A stretch of 64,000 nt of DNA from Eledone cirrhosa. Taxonomy: Eukaryota. Below the pieces are notes generated by a model. That model was not told where the DNA came from, did no database searches, and saw only the letters and a list, made by a program, of their open reading frames with translations. Positions 63,721 to 64,000 of this stretch are shown in pieces (the stretch's first letter is position 1; every line of letters begins with the position of its first letter). Location: contig OZ024741.1 in the NCBI GenBank assembly GCA_964016885.1, positions 20,956,001 through 21,020,000 of the forward strand, written 5' to 3'. Position numbers and translations under genes: made by a program.

Positions 63721-64000
63721 ATTTTTTTTTTGTTGGAATCAATCTCCAGATTTGTGTTTTTGTCATTTTTCTCCGCACATTCATCTGTTTTTATTTTATT
63801 TTTTCTTTCCTTCTCTATGACGTTAGTTGGGAAGGAAAGGGGGGGGGGGCTAAAGCGTGCAAGCTTACAACTCTTACCGCTGTCCCCCCACCACTATTTT
63901 CGTTAGCTTCGTTTAACATTTCTGCCAGACGATTGAAATTTTATGCCACAAAATTTTTAAAAACAGGTTTTTCACCCCTGGGAGGGGCGAAGATGAGCTG

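Larger units (their letters stand above)
58325..64000 (-). mobile_element. Tx1-clade LINE copy D; the 5'UTR runs off the right edge of the window
   Basis: ORF1+ORF2 homologous to A and B. The 3' end AATAAAGAAATC joins (TATC)n. Confidence 0.93.

Overview
Eukaryotic, gene-free heterochromatin-like window. It is probably from an octopus or other cephalopod; this is inferred from the SINE families and the microsatellite load and is not proven. No host protein-coding gene is supported. 1-24630 is a 45-bp satellite array (~545 monomers) with irregular higher-order duplications. The remainder is a nested retroelement cluster. It holds four Tx1-clade (L1-like) LINEs: one in (ATT)n, and three head-to-tail in (GATA)n. 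It also holds Dong/R4, CRE and RTE fragments, two Penelope-like elements (a Neptune-type fragment and a near full-length Naiad-type copy), gypsy-type LTR remnants with a tandemly amplified tRNA-Trp PBS, several tRNA-derived SINEs, and about 14 type I hammerhead ribozyme motifs, including a 307-nt retrozyme-like unit. The main unexpected signal is in the three long Tx1 copies. The whole of ORF2 is bracketed by a consensus 5' splice donor overlapping the ORF1 stop and a 3' acceptor formed by the ORF2 stop codon. In every copy, splicing would place an in-frame stop one codon after the junction, and one copy carries a compensating phase change. This suggests ORF2 is a facultative intron that yields an ORF1-only mRNA. 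That reading is an inference and needs RNA evidence.
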